This document shows, piece by piece, positions 24,861-35,197 of a stretch of 36,110 nucleotides of DNA. The stretch is taken from IMG/VR virus record IMGVR_UViG_3300031260_000061, positions 1-36,110 of that record. One strand, written 5' to 3'. The notes under the pieces were generated by a model. It had not been told where the DNA came from, made no database searches, and saw only the letters and a list, made by a program, of their open reading frames with translations. The stretch comes from a virus. Lineage: Duplodnaviria > Caudoviricetes. Within the stretch, counting starts at the first letter, position 1. Each line of letters opens with the position of its first letter. A program made the translations under genes and the position numbers.

Positions 24861-27574
24861 TGGGAAAAGCAGCAAATCTAAAAGTTAATGTAACGAGCAA
24901 TTCTCAAGAAGCGCAAAACGCGCTGAATAAAATATCATCCCAACTTACCGGTATCAGTAAGCTCCCGTCATCCACTGGTTTTGTAGCAGGACTTGGGGTC
25001 TGGACTAATGCCATTGAGACAGTGTCGCGTGCTATTGGTAAAGTGTACAACAGCACTAAAGAACTGGTGGATCTCTATACGGTCCAAGCGCAAGCTGAGC
25101 TTCGCCTACAAGGTACTCTCAGGGCCACCGGCAACCAGATAGGTATGAATGCCACTGAGCTTGGCAACATGGCATCTGGCTTCCAGGCAGTAACCCGTTT
25201 TGGCGATGAGATGATTCTGCCGATGCAGCAGATATTCATTGCCACTCAGAAGCTTACCAAGGAACAGCTCCCAGAGGTTATTGAACTCTCCCTTGATATG
25301 GCTGAGGCAATGGGTACCGATGGAGCGAGCGCTGCAAAAATCATGGCGCGCGCGATGGCTGACCCCATATCCGGCCTTGAATCACTAAAAGAAAAGAACG
25401 TATTTTTTACCCAGTCTGAAAAGGATAAAATTAAGGAGCTGGTAAACAGTAACCGACTCATGGATGCCCAGCGCATCATCCTGGATAAAGTAGCCTCTGC
25501 TTATGGAGGTATTGCTCGTGAGGTAGCTGCAACTGATATCGGTAAAATGCAGCAGATTAATAACCTTATGGGTGACATCAAGGAAGGTTTGGGTGAAATG
25601 ATTGTCGGTTCCATTGAACCGGCGTTTGGCTTTATCCAGACTGAGCTTGAGCGGATATATGCATGGATTGATACAGCGAATAAGTCTCGAGAAGAGAATA
25701 GCCTTTATAGGGAGGATTTCTGGGAGAAGGATTTTGCAGAAATTCCAACTGATTACATTCTTAGAAGTATCAATGAACTTGAAGAAGAGATTGCAAGAAA
25801 GAATGGGGATCGTAGCTTATCTTTTTGGAGCTCAACATTTGATGTTTTAGATGCAGCAAAGGCAGAGCTTGATCGCCGTGAGTTATTACCAAAGCCAGCT
25901 ACAGGTACTGGAGTCACTAAGGAGACTCCCACTGATGATACCGGCGGAGCTGGAGGAGAAGATAAACTCTCACTTTACGAACAGATCCTTTCAGCTACTA
26001 GCGCTACCGAGGCAGCACAGAAAAAAGTACTCCAGGATAGGATAACAGATAACAAGCATCTGAGAGATCATCTTGATTTACAGGTGTCCTCAAAGAAGAT
26101 GACCCAGGAAGAAGCTGATCTTGCCAAGGAGATGCTTGAACAGCAAATCAAACTGGACAGAGAGAAGCTCAACAGCTTCGGCGAGACGGCCACTCCTCCC
26201 ACTGCCACCGATTATATCAGCGAGAACTCCATGTATTCGCTCAGCGCGCAGGAGGCGGCTATTGACGCTGAGATAGCACTTGCCAAAGCACACCTTGAGA
26301 CTGTTTCTTCAACGAGTCAGGAAGCAATCGAGCTCAGGGAGATTATCGATTCACTGACAGAGCAAAAGGCGCTCCTTACTGAACAAGAAGATATCTTCGA
26401 GAGCATCATGTCTTCCACAGGCTCAACTGAGGCAGCTCAGAAGCGAGTTCTCCAAGACCGTATCTTAGAGAACATTGCTCTCCGTGATAGCTTAGCCTTA
26501 AAGGTAAAATCCGGGGAGCTCACCAGGGAAGAAGCGGAGGTTGCCTCGCAGGCTCTCTCTCAGCAGATTGCTCTTGATCAGGAGAAGATTAAATCCTTTG
26601 GCAAGGCTCCTGAGGCAGAGACGGCTAGTGACTTTATTGGACAGAATAGGACGCTGAGCCAGACTGCACAACTCTCCGCGATCGACTCTAATATCACTCT
26701 TGCTGAGAGTTACCTTGAAGCAGCAGAGGCAGGAAGCGAGGAAGAGAAAGCTATCAGGGAGATAATTGCAGCTCTTAAGGAGCAGCGTAATGCAATCACC
26801 GAAGTAGAGGATCGATCAGGTGAATTTTTGAATGCCTTTGCTAACGGGTACAAGGATCTCTTTAATTCCCTTTCGTCCTTGACTAACCAGCTTTACCAGA
26901 ACCAGATAAACCAGCTCCAGGAGACTCTCGATAAACAGCAGGACGCCTGGGACTCTTATTACTCTGACATTCAGGATAAGTATAAGGCTGACCGCGATTC
27001 TTTGGACGCTCAGTACCAATGGGGACGGATAAGCGCAGAAGAATACTATGCTTCACTGACAGCCCTTAGTGATGCAAAGACAACCGCAGAGGAAGAGAAC
27101 GCCGACTCAGAAGAAGAACTGATGAAGCAGATGGATGAGCTTAAGCGTAAGCAATTTGCCGCTGATAAAGCCAACTCTATCATGCAAGCAACCATATCAG
27201 GAGCTCAGGCTGTTGCAAGCATCTGGAGTGCTTGGGCGGCTAATCCTGTATACGCCGGTATCCTTACCGGTCTCTCTGTCGCCACGGTGGGGGCACAGAT
27301 CGCTACTATCGCATCTCAGCAATATACCCCGCTCGCTGAAGGCGGAGTTGTAACCGGTCCTACTACTGCTCTTATCGGTGAAGGAGGAGAGCCTGAGATG
27401 GTCCTCCCGCTCTCCAAGGCCGATGATATGGGTTTCAATAATGGCGGGGTAATCAATCTGAATATCAGCACAGGGAATGTATATAGCATGGATGATTTAG
27501 TGAGAGCGATATTTGAGGCTATTGAGCGGGCACAGAGAACAGGGGCATTGCCTCGCTGGAGGTATGCAGCATGA
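24860..27574 (+). CDS. Tail tape measure protein
   Basis: Long helical Ala/Glu/Gln-rich ORF after the chaperones; C-terminal LAEGGVVTGPTTALIGEGGEPEMVLPL motif; internal 140-aa duplication. Confidence 0.9.
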   Translation: MGKAANLKVNVTSNSQEAQNALNKISSQLTGISKLPSSTGFVAGLGVWTNAIETVSRAIGKVYNSTKELVDLYTVQAQAELRLQGTLRATGNQIGMNATELGNMASGFQAVTRFGDEMILPMQQIFIATQKLTKEQLPEVIELSLDMAEAMGTDGASAAKIMARAMADPISGLESLKEKNVFFTQSEKDKIKELVNSNRLMDAQRIILDKVASAYGGIAREVAATDIGKMQQINNLMGDIKEGLGEMIVGSIEPAFGFIQTELERIYAWIDTANKSREENSLYREDFWEKDFAEIPTDYILRSINELEEEIARKNGDRSLSFWSSTFDVLDAAKAELDRRELLPKPATGTGVTKETPTDDTGGAGGEDKLSLYEQILSATSATEAAQKKVLQDRITDNKHLRDHLDLQVSSKKMTQEEADLAKEMLEQQIKLDREKLNSFGETATPPTATDYISENSMYSLSAQEAAIDAEIALAKAHLETVSSTSQEAIELREIIDSLTEQKALLTEQEDIFESIMSSTGSTEAAQKRVLQDRILENIALRDSLALKVKSGELTREEAEVASQALSQQIALDQEKIKSFGKAPEAETASDFIGQNRTLSQTAQLSAIDSNITLAESYLEAAEAGSEEEKAIREIIAALKEQRNAITEVEDRSGEFLNAFANGYKDLFNSLSSLTNQLYQNQINQLQETLDKQQDAWDSYYSDIQDKYKADRDSLDAQYQWGRISAEEYYASLTALSDAKTTAEEENADSEEELMKQMDELKRKQFAADKANSIMQATISGAQAVASIWSAWAANPVYAGILTGLSVATVGAQIATIASQQYTPLAEGGVVTGPTTALIGEGGEPEMVLPLSKADDMGFNNGGVINLNISTGNVYSMDDLVRAIFEAIERAQRTGALPRWRYAA

Positions 27575-30500
27575 AGCTATTTTTAAATTTCTCTGAGTAT
27601 GCCAAAACCGGAGGCGGTACCTGGGAAGACTTTTCTGAGGGGCTACTGAACGAGAGTTTCTCACGTAAGAGCTGTTTTGGTCCTAAGGGTAAGGCAGAGA
27701 TGCAAACCGTCTCTATGCGCCTAAAGCCGGTTGTTGGCCTTGAGCCTCTTGCTGTGCGAATCCTCACTGCTACCAACAATATCCGGGCACGCCTTACCCT
27801 TGACGACGACACACCGTATTTTGTGGGGACCATCAGACCACTGATCTCTAGTGATGTGAGGGAGGTTATAAAGCCTATTGATGTAGAGATCCTCGATGAT
27901 ACCTATTATCTTGAAGCATACATATTCAGCGCTGACGCAACACTCTCCAGTAATCTTAAGGTTATCAGCGACACACCTTCTGATAGCCTCATCCATTGGC
28001 TCGTGAGTCATGCCACAGTCAAGGATTCACTGGGAGCTTACGTACCGGCCTTTGCTGAGGCTGATATTATCATAGACTCCGGCATAGACAAGACCATTGA
28101 TGCAGACGGTCTTACCGTTGAAACCGGCGATTATGTCAACGCTATCTTAGATACCGTCTGCTATGAATACAACCTCCAGTACCGGTGTAGCGAGGATGGC
28201 AAGTTGCATTTTGCTCCTAGCGTTCCCAGCACCACCCCGAGCGGAGTACGTACTCTCACCAATGCGGATATCAAGAACTATATTACTCCCAAGCGCGGAG
28301 ATGATGCACGAAAGGGCGCGGTGATTACGTATTACCCGGTAGTCAAAGGCCCTTGTACTGTTGGTAGGCACTATGCGTTGGATGATAATTATGCTGACGA
28401 TAAGACATGGGGGCGTGGGTACGAATGGCTGAACCCTGATGAGGGACAGTGGCCACCTCTAGCTTACCAGAATGTAACCCTTGCCACTAATGACATTGAG
28501 GAATCAAAGCGTAAGATACTTCGCTACGATTACGGAACGCTCAGAACCAAGATTGAATTTCATGATGGTTCAAAAGATACGAATCAAGGCATAGGCCATA
28601 TCTCTGATAACGGTGATGGATCTGCGCGTATGTATATCCAGGTAGCGAAGCGCAAGACCTTGGTAGAGCGCATGGATGCTATTTGTGACTGCTGGTACAC
28701 CGATGAAGAGGACGAACAAACTACCCAAGTACACCAGGGGCAGAATCCTGAGAAGTATGAGGCAAGATATCTACACTCCGGGGTTACTGCAAACGCGCTG
28801 CTCAGAGCAATTGTGCTCCGGTCCACTACCGGAAATCTTACTCACAGTTTTCAGGCATTGCCCTCTTTGGGGTTGTATCCTGGAGAGATTGTAAAGCTCG
28901 ACCCGGCAGCTCTAGGGTTTTCTGGTTACGTAAGGATCATTTCTGTCATAGACTCCGGTGGGGATAAGACCAGGCAACTGGTAAATGTGATTGCAGAGAG
29001 CGTGACAGCCCTGAGTGATATTACCGTTGATACTGATGAACAGGTTATATCCATCCTCCGTAGAGCCGGGGTGGATATGCTCTCGATCCATACAGAGGCA
29101 ACGCTGCTGAAGTATGATGATTTATCTCATATCGATTTAGTAGCAAACGGTGACCTGCTCTCTGTGTACGGTGGTTCAGTGCTCTGGTATCTGAATGATG
29201 TCTACAAAGGCACAGGTGAGACAATAAGCTTGTATCATAGTGAGATGCTTGTCGGGGTGAATGCAATAAGAGCAGAGGGAACCATCCCTGGTATCAATTT
29301 CCAAGACAAGCCTCTTGAGGCGGAGATAGCTGTTACCCTTGTCTCTGACGGCGCCGCCGGAACCCGCATGGTGGTACAGTATGCCTTGGGCACAGATGAT
29401 GCTCCTTATACATCTAGTAACATATTGGTAGGCACCGAGGATATTCTCGTTGGTACGGCTGGAGCTTTACTTGGTACTGATAATGGGGAAGTTTGGAAAT
29501 ACGAGGTCCCAGTTGCCGGGGTAGGTGAGCGTGTATGGAAACGTGAGGGTTTGTACACACCACCTGAGGTATGGCCGAACACATGGAACATTGCCCCGTT
29601 CACCGGTGCTGCTGGCGCAGATGCTAGAATCATTACCCTTACGGCCTCACAGACCGTAATCAATATGTCTTCCCGTGGTGAACTCAAGACACAGGAAATT
29701 GAGATTACTTGTGTTCCATCAAATTTACCCATAGAGAGCGCTGTCTGGACTGCCACGGATGCAGGGAGCTTATCAGAGATAGAAATTGCAGAAGGGGTGT
29801 ATGACCCCTACAAACGTCTTTTAAATTGCTCACTCGTGTCTGGGGATTCTACACTCATAACTGTTTCTATTACCTATGGCGGTGAGACGTATACAGGAGT
29901 TGTAGGCATCACTAAGGTTGCTGATGGTACCCCGACCCCTATGTACCTAGACGCACGAAACGAAGTCCCTGAGCTGACCCCTGAGGGGCCTCTGGTAGTA
30001 GGTGATTTCTTCTTGTATGTAGGTCCTTACTCTGGCCCGAATAGTGACCCCGGAGACCAAGGGTTAAATCCCTCTGTGGCTGAAACAAATGAATTTATCT
30101 ATGGAAGGATATATGAGTATAAAGGGAAGGACTCTGGAGGTGTTGACCAATGGGACGAATCCAGAAAGAGTGAACACTTTGCAGCTGCACAAAAGGACGC
30201 TCTTGAGATAGCAAAGAACTCAGGGGAATATGTATATGTTGCTGTGGTCGTGGCTCAGCTCGGCCTATTCATGGATCTGATAATTGCAGGGATTCTAAAA
30301 AGTACCAATTATGCCGAAAGCTCTTCTGGGATACCTACGGCTGGATTCAAACTGGATGGTCTCAATGGCCTGATCAAAGCACTTGGCCTTGAAGCCTATT
30401 CAGCAATGATCTACGGCAATCTGGAAGCTAGCGGTTTCCGTACCCTCCAGGAGGAGGGCGGTACTACTATAGGGGTTTCTACAATTTCTCCCACTCTTTG

Positions 30501-31950
30501 GAAACACTCCGAAATGGAAGCCTTGATTGCCAGTCAAGATACACTGGCAACATTGTCTGGTACGATTGAAGGATTCAGTTTCACTAAGGCAACCAGGAGA
30601 AGTAACCAGAGGGTGTTGCTGGCAAGTCATGGGTATGAGAGTGAAGAAATAAGTGCAGGGGAGGTCCATTATTTTACCAGACTATACCCAAGTAAAGTTT
30701 TTTCTAATAGTACATTTTATTGTGAGTATAAAGGATATTATGATGGTTATGCTTCCGAGAGACTCTATTGTGGATATATAAGAGATGATGAACAGCAGAT
30801 TGGTGAGCATCTTGGTGTTAGTTATACTGTAGCAAAAACATACAGTTTTGCCATTCCTAGAGATGGGCATCCTGTATATCCATCTTTTAGGATACTGCAT
30901 AAATCTGGTGCCCTCTGGGGTAATCGTGGCTCTCATGTTGATTATCATAAAGTCTGGACAAACCAAGTTTTCACCGGACTTGTATTAGTGAATGGAGAAA
31001 CATCATACGAAGTAATAGCTCCAGAGCCAAGTGCTTACTATCCCAATTCAAAGACTTGGACAATTGGCTCATACAACCAGAACAGCATTGACAACTATTG
31101 TTCTGGAACAGACTTTTACAACCTCTTCACAAGCCTTGCAGTAGGAGCAGATGGATTCTGTGACGGTGGTCAGATTCGGGTAAACGGGACGCTGTACACA
31201 GTAACCCGTCTCACCAAGAACGCCAACTCGATTACCTTCTATACCTCCGGTGGCGTGGTCACCGTAAATAAGTTTCAGGAAGGCTCCTCGGTCGGTGTAT
31301 ACACCTCCCTTGCTATTACCCAAGCAATCAATTTCCAAGCGGTTGCTGGTGGAATTGAGACTAAACACATATTCCCATGGGGGACACAGGCGGGGACTCC
31401 CGGTAGTTATGATATCGGGACAGCTCAGGAACGCTTTAACACAGCTTGGCTGAACATCCTTGATGTACTCAATAGTGCCCGAGTAAGGGGCAATCTAACC
31501 GTTGATGGTAATATTTCCGGTGGTGCCATTTCCGGCTCTAGTATCAATACAGGCTATGGAGCTTTTGAAATTGGGCAGAATTTACGGACTACTGACTCAG
31601 TTACATTTGCTGGATTGACCATATCAGGGTGGAGCGCAAAACGTCTCACCAATAAGGTTTATGGTGTCCCCCCTACAACAAATACGATTATTGACACAAT
31701 GGAAACTGGAGAAATTCGTTCGTGTGTATTCCCATACCCTGAGAACAACATAACGTTACCTTCGGGTGGAACCTATTATGTGGCCGGGCAATATACAGTA
31801 GGTGGAACTACCTTCGGTGCGGGTATGAGGTCTGCCAATAACCCAACAGGAGTATTCAGAGTTTTCTCGGGAGGGGCAAGAATCGCTGACGATGTCCCTT
31901 ATGGTGACGAGATTTATAACGCAAAATTTATAATCGTGAGGATAGCATAA
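27571..31950 (+). CDS. Large tail tip / central fibre protein
   Basis: 1459 aa, beta-rich, directly after the tape measure; LKSTNYA...GFKLDG and fibre-like C-terminus; followed by a fibre assembly gene. Confidence 0.75.
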   Translation: MKLFLNFSEYAKTGGGTWEDFSEGLLNESFSRKSCFGPKGKAEMQTVSMRLKPVVGLEPLAVRILTATNNIRARLTLDDDTPYFVGTIRPLISSDVREVIKPIDVEILDDTYYLEAYIFSADATLSSNLKVISDTPSDSLIHWLVSHATVKDSLGAYVPAFAEADIIIDSGIDKTIDADGLTVETGDYVNAILDTVCYEYNLQYRCSEDGKLHFAPSVPSTTPSGVRTLTNADIKNYITPKRGDDARKGAVITYYPVVKGPCTVGRHYALDDNYADDKTWGRGYEWLNPDEGQWPPLAYQNVTLATNDIEESKRKILRYDYGTLRTKIEFHDGSKDTNQGIGHISDNGDGSARMYIQVAKRKTLVERMDAICDCWYTDEEDEQTTQVHQGQNPEKYEARYLHSGVTANALLRAIVLRSTTGNLTHSFQALPSLGLYPGEIVKLDPAALGFSGYVRIISVIDSGGDKTRQLVNVIAESVTALSDITVDTDEQVISILRRAGVDMLSIHTEATLLKYDDLSHIDLVANGDLLSVYGGSVLWYLNDVYKGTGETISLYHSEMLVGVNAIRAEGTIPGINFQDKPLEAEIAVTLVSDGAAGTRMVVQYALGTDDAPYTSSNILVGTEDILVGTAGALLGTDNGEVWKYEVPVAGVGERVWKREGLYTPPEVWPNTWNIAPFTGAAGADARIITLTASQTVINMSSRGELKTQEIEITCVPSNLPIESAVWTATDAGSLSEIEIAEGVYDPYKRLLNCSLVSGDSTLITVSITYGGETYTGVVGITKVADGTPTPMYLDARNEVPELTPEGPLVVGDFFLYVGPYSGPNSDPGDQGLNPSVAETNEFIYGRIYEYKGKDSGGVDQWDESRKSEHFAAAQKDALEIAKNSGEYVYVAVVVAQLGLFMDLIIAGILKSTNYAESSSGIPTAGFKLDGLNGLIKALGLEAYSAMIYGNLEASGFRTLQEEGGTTIGVSTISPTLWKHSEMEALIASQDTLATLSGTIEGFSFTKATRRSNQRVLLASHGYESEEISAGEVHYFTRLYPSKVFSNSTFYCEYKGYYDGYASERLYCGYIRDDEQQIGEHLGVSYTVAKTYSFAIPRDGHPVYPSFRILHKSGALWGNRGSHVDYHKVWTNQVFTGLVLVNGETSYEVIAPEPSAYYPNSKTWTIGSYNQNSIDNYCSGTDFYNLFTSLAVGADGFCDGGQIRVNGTLYTVTRLTKNANSITFYTSGGVVTVNKFQEGSSVGVYTSLAITQAINFQAVAGGIETKHIFPWGTQAGTPGSYDIGTAQERFNTAWLNILDVLNSARVRGNLTVDGNISGGAISGSSINTGYGAFEIGQNLRTTDSVTFAGLTISGWSAKRLTNKVYGVPPTTNTIIDTMETGEIRSCVFPYPENNITLPSGGTYYVAGQYTVGGTTFGAGMRSANNPTGVFRVFSGGARIADDVPYGDEIYNAKFIIVRIA

Positions 31951-32336
31951 TGCAAGGCTACGTACTCAAGCGCTCAGAAACAGATTATGTTGTGGATTGT
32001 GACTCCAACGGGCAGGGCGGCTACAATGTAGTACCAGCAGAAATTTGTCCAGACTTGGCCTATACCCTTGAGGACGTGCGCAACTACCTACTGGACAATC
32101 CAGACATGCTCCTTGACTCAGCTCAGATAGAGACAGATAGGCTCACCAGAGAAGCCAGAAAAAAGCGCGACAACCTGCTCAAGGAAGTTGTTGACACAGT
32201 CAATCCTATGCGCTGGGAAACCCTTACAGCCCCAGAGAAGGACGCTTGGAGAGCCTACCGCCAAGCTCTCTTAGACGTTCCCCAGCAAGAAGGTTTCCCT
32301 AACAATATCGTTTGGCCGGAGGTTCCTCATGAATGA
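31950..32336 (+). CDS. Tail fibre assembly protein / chaperone
   Basis: ARKKRDNLL...AWRAYRQALLDVPQQEGFPNNIVWPEVP, a well-known phage tail assembly chaperone signature. Confidence 0.82.
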   Translation: MQGYVLKRSETDYVVDCDSNGQGGYNVVPAEICPDLAYTLEDVRNYLLDNPDMLLDSAQIETDRLTREARKKRDNLLKEVVDTVNPMRWETLTAPEKDAWRAYRQALLDVPQQEGFPNNIVWPEVPHE

Positions 32337-32565
32337 TAAAGCAAAGCACTTCCTAGCCTGTTTTCTGATTGCTCTCCTTGGCTTCTGGCAGAGCCTTTTT
32401 GCAGGGTTTTACGGGGCTACTTTATGTGCCTTTCTCAGGGAGTATGACAGATGGGCTTATACAGGCCATCAGGACATAAGAGACATGATTCTTGACTTAT
32501 TAGCAGATGCGGCCGGTATTGCTCTGGCTTTGATCATAAAACCAATTATCGGGGGTGTGTTGTGA
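32329..32565 (+). CDS. Small membrane protein (DKxxH...E...DLLAD pattern, VanZ-like)
   Basis: DKAKHFLAC, REYD, DLLADAAG with hydrophobic helices. Confidence 0.55.
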   Translation: MNDKAKHFLACFLIALLGFWQSLFAGFYGATLCAFLREYDRWAYTGHQDIRDMILDLLADAAGIALALIIKPIIGGVL

Positions 32566-32831
32566 GTGATGTGGTAATCAGCGCAATGGTAACCGGAGCT
32601 GTAGCTATTCTGGTTACAGTTATCAACAAATGGGGCGACAAAAAAGATATCAAATGTGCGATCAACCGAATTGCCGAAGGCTTGCATATCGGTTTAGAGA
32701 ATGACCGAGTGATTTTCAAGGCTTTCAGGGAGAATCACATCAACGGCGAATCAGAGGCACAAGAACAAAAGATGGACCAATACTTCCGTAAGTGTGCAAC
32801 CGATGGATACAGAGTAAAGAGGAGTTCATAA
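32562..32831 (+). CDS. Single-TM protein, holin/antiholin-like
   Basis: N-terminal TM followed by a helical charged region with INGE motif. Confidence 0.45.
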   Translation: MSDVVISAMVTGAVAILVTVINKWGDKKDIKCAINRIAEGLHIGLENDRVIFKAFRENHINGESEAQEQKMDQYFRKCATDGYRVKRSS

Positions 32832-34897
32832 TGAGCGAAGCAGCAGTACAGAGCATAAACCAGCATACACCAAAAGCAACCCTTGATTGGTTGTACAACA
32901 TCCTTGTCCAGCCGGCGTCAGGAACCGGTTCGGGTGTGTCTCCTGATATTCATATCCAGTACCAGCTCTCCCTCGACCTCCTGCGCCAAGCCTTGGTGGA
33001 GGTCACGAACGTCGTCAATAATCTGACAACCGAAGTTCCTGGCAAGGTCCTAGATGCTCGGCAGGGGAAAGCTTTGGCCGATGCTATCGCCGCCGAGATT
33101 GCCAAGTATGCACAGCCCAACGGCATTGCCACTCTCGGTTCTGACGGCAAGATTCCCTCTGCCCAGATTCCCTCCCTTGCCCTTGTGGACGTGTTCCCTG
33201 TGTCCTCGGAGGCCGCCATGCTTGCCAGTGGTGCAGAGCAGGGTGACATGGCCATCAGGACTGATACCAGTCAAGTGTTCATCCTCTCGGCCTCGCCAGC
33301 TACCACGTTGGAAAACTGGATCGAACTGAGTGCATTGAAAGCCCTTGTGGACGCCGCTATTGCCGACCTTGCTGGTGCTGGACGGACAACCGAGACGGTC
33401 AAGGGTAATGCTGATGCCATCACTACATTGAATTCTGACGACACCACCGAAGGCTCAGTAGCCAAGAGTGTCAAGGATGCTGTGGACCCGATTGATACAA
33501 GGGTGTCACGTTTAGAAACCCAATCACTGCAAATATTTGGTTTGGAATGGGACAATGACACTGATACATACACACGTACTGACATGGCTGTAGGACTGAA
33601 TTTCGGGACTCCTGATGGAGTGAACGCAATTGCATCAGACTTTGACAACTACTATCCGTGGAAAGGTATCAAGCAGGTAAAGGTGGATAGCAATAAGAAC
33701 ATTTTGGCAGAACTTGGAGATAGTAATTACTCTTCCGTAGACGGTGAGTATATGACACTCATTCCGCAATTTTGGTTCCAAGATTATATCGATGTTGACA
33801 ACGTCCGTCATATTCGTATAGCCACACAGCCTGTAGTTGGATTTTACCCAGCATGGTTGGATAAGGATGGCAATCCTGTTGAGTACCGTCTTGTTGGTCG
33901 TGTTCCCGCTGGATACGATACAGAGTTGCGCTCAAAGCCTGATATGGGTGTCGAAGTAAACCGTACCTACACCTCTTTCATTACCACTGCATACGCGAAG
34001 GGTGATGGAGGATGGTGGCTGGATGATTCTGCGACCCGTCACAAGCTGGGGTTGCTGATGGCAGTGGAAGCTGCAGACTGGGACCAGAAAGCGAAATTCG
34101 GGCAGGGAATCAACTCCGGCATGCCATACGGTAGCGGTAGTGAATTTGTCTGCTCAGTGAGCCAGACCGGCGCAACCAGCATTATCATCCCGAATGCAGG
34201 GGCTACCAACATGTACGTTGGCATGGTCATGCAGATTGGAACTGCATATTCAAACAACAGCGTTGCAGCAAACCGAAAAATCACAGCGATTGCCGATTAT
34301 GACGCATCGAACAAGAGAATCACCGTTGATGGAGTGGCTTTCAATTCTACAGCCGGAACAACCTCAATTGTAAGTTGGGGACAACCTGTTCCCTCTTCCC
34401 AGATTGACGCTCTGGGAGGAGGCTCAGGTTATATCCTGCAATTCGGCAGTGAAGCACGATCCCACGTATCCTATCGTGGAATCTGGGACCTCTGGGGCAA
34501 TGTATGGTCCTTCACCTACGGCTTTGCCCGATACAACGGTGCCTACTATGTTTGCTTCGACCAGAGCAAATACAACGTCACCGACCCACGCTCTGATGCA
34601 GGATGGAGTTACACAGGAGATGGAGGATACATCAGTGATGGATACCAATACACTCGTAAGGCTTACATCACAGACCAAGGTTCTATTGATTATGTAATTA
34701 TTTCTGGCAGCGGAGCAGGCTCTGGAACGTTTTATGCAGCATATGTTGCTGCTTTCCATGCCACCTATGACGGTGTACGCATTTTGCTCTCCGGTGGCAG
34801 CTGGAGCAATGGTGGCATTGTTTCCCTCTTCTTCTGCATTGGTTACTATCCTCCGGGGGGCTCCAACCTCTACTTCGGGTCCCGCCTTATCGGCTAG
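32831..34897 (+). CDS. DGR target: tail fibre / receptor-binding protein with C-terminal C-type-lectin-like variable domain (688 aa)
   Basis: Fibre motifs (NNLTTEVPGKVLDARQGKAL, NGIATLGSDGKIP); YRGIWDLWGNVW; C-terminal SGGSW...FGSRL encoded by VR. Confidence 0.92.
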   Translation: MSEAAVQSINQHTPKATLDWLYNILVQPASGTGSGVSPDIHIQYQLSLDLLRQALVEVTNVVNNLTTEVPGKVLDARQGKALADAIAAEIAKYAQPNGIATLGSDGKIPSAQIPSLALVDVFPVSSEAAMLASGAEQGDMAIRTDTSQVFILSASPATTLENWIELSALKALVDAAIADLAGAGRTTETVKGNADAITTLNSDDTTEGSVAKSVKDAVDPIDTRVSRLETQSLQIFGLEWDNDTDTYTRTDMAVGLNFGTPDGVNAIASDFDNYYPWKGIKQVKVDSNKNILAELGDSNYSSVDGEYMTLIPQFWFQDYIDVDNVRHIRIATQPVVGFYPAWLDKDGNPVEYRLVGRVPAGYDTELRSKPDMGVEVNRTYTSFITTAYAKGDGGWWLDDSATRHKLGLLMAVEAADWDQKAKFGQGINSGMPYGSGSEFVCSVSQTGATSIIIPNAGATNMYVGMVMQIGTAYSNNSVAANRKITAIADYDASNKRITVDGVAFNSTAGTTSIVSWGQPVPSSQIDALGGGSGYILQFGSEARSHVSYRGIWDLWGNVWSFTYGFARYNGAYYVCFDQSKYNVTDPRSDAGWSYTGDGGYISDGYQYTRKAYITDQGSIDYVIISGSGAGSGTFYAAYVAAFHATYDGVRILLSGGSWSNGGIVSLFFCIGYYPPGGSNLYFGSRLIG
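34781..34891 (+). repeat. DGR variable repeat (VR)
   Basis: 111-bp ungapped match to 34975-35085 with 14 mismatches, all opposite TR adenines. Confidence 0.97.
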
Positions 34898-34906
34898 TTC
34901 GGGGGT

Positions 34907-34927
34907 GCAGGGGTGCGCAACCCCTGC
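34907..34927 (+). promoter_or_regulatory. DGR target-recognition hairpin downstream of VR/IMH
   Basis: GCAGGGGT-GCGCA-ACCCCTGC (8-bp stem), 15 nt after the VR; absent after the TR. Confidence 0.8.
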
Positions 34928-34974
34928 CCTGTCGTTTTTTGAAAATTTTTTTTCAGGGTGTTTGCTTGCAAGCG

Positions 34975-35085
34975 ATTTTGCACTCCGGTGGCAACTGGAA
35001 CAATGGTGGCAATGTTTCCCTCTTCTACTGCAATGGTAACAATACTCCGGGGAACTCCAACCACAACATCGGGTCCCGCCTTATC
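34975..35085 (+). repeat. DGR template repeat (TR)
   Basis: AAC/AAT-codon-rich copy of VR (27 adenines); lies between target and RT. Confidence 0.97.
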
Positions 35086-35197
35086 CTTATCAAAGACTTA
35101 CTGAAGCAAGCAATCGTCCTCCTTTTGGAAAATACATTAACAAAAATCTGCCGGTAGCTGAAACAATGCGAAAGCTGATGAATGTAAGGATAAACGA

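Noticed and set aside
31700-31950. Second DGR target at the C-terminus of the large tail protein
   Set aside because: No nucleotide or peptide similarity to TR by eye and no downstream hairpin; a BLASTN of TR against the genome would confirm.
34939-35157. 72-aa ORF over the TR (possible avd or second target)
   Set aside because: It is the TR read in the VR frame (Asn-rich), with a TTG start and no RBS. TRs are commonly open in this frame, and it has no Avd-like character.
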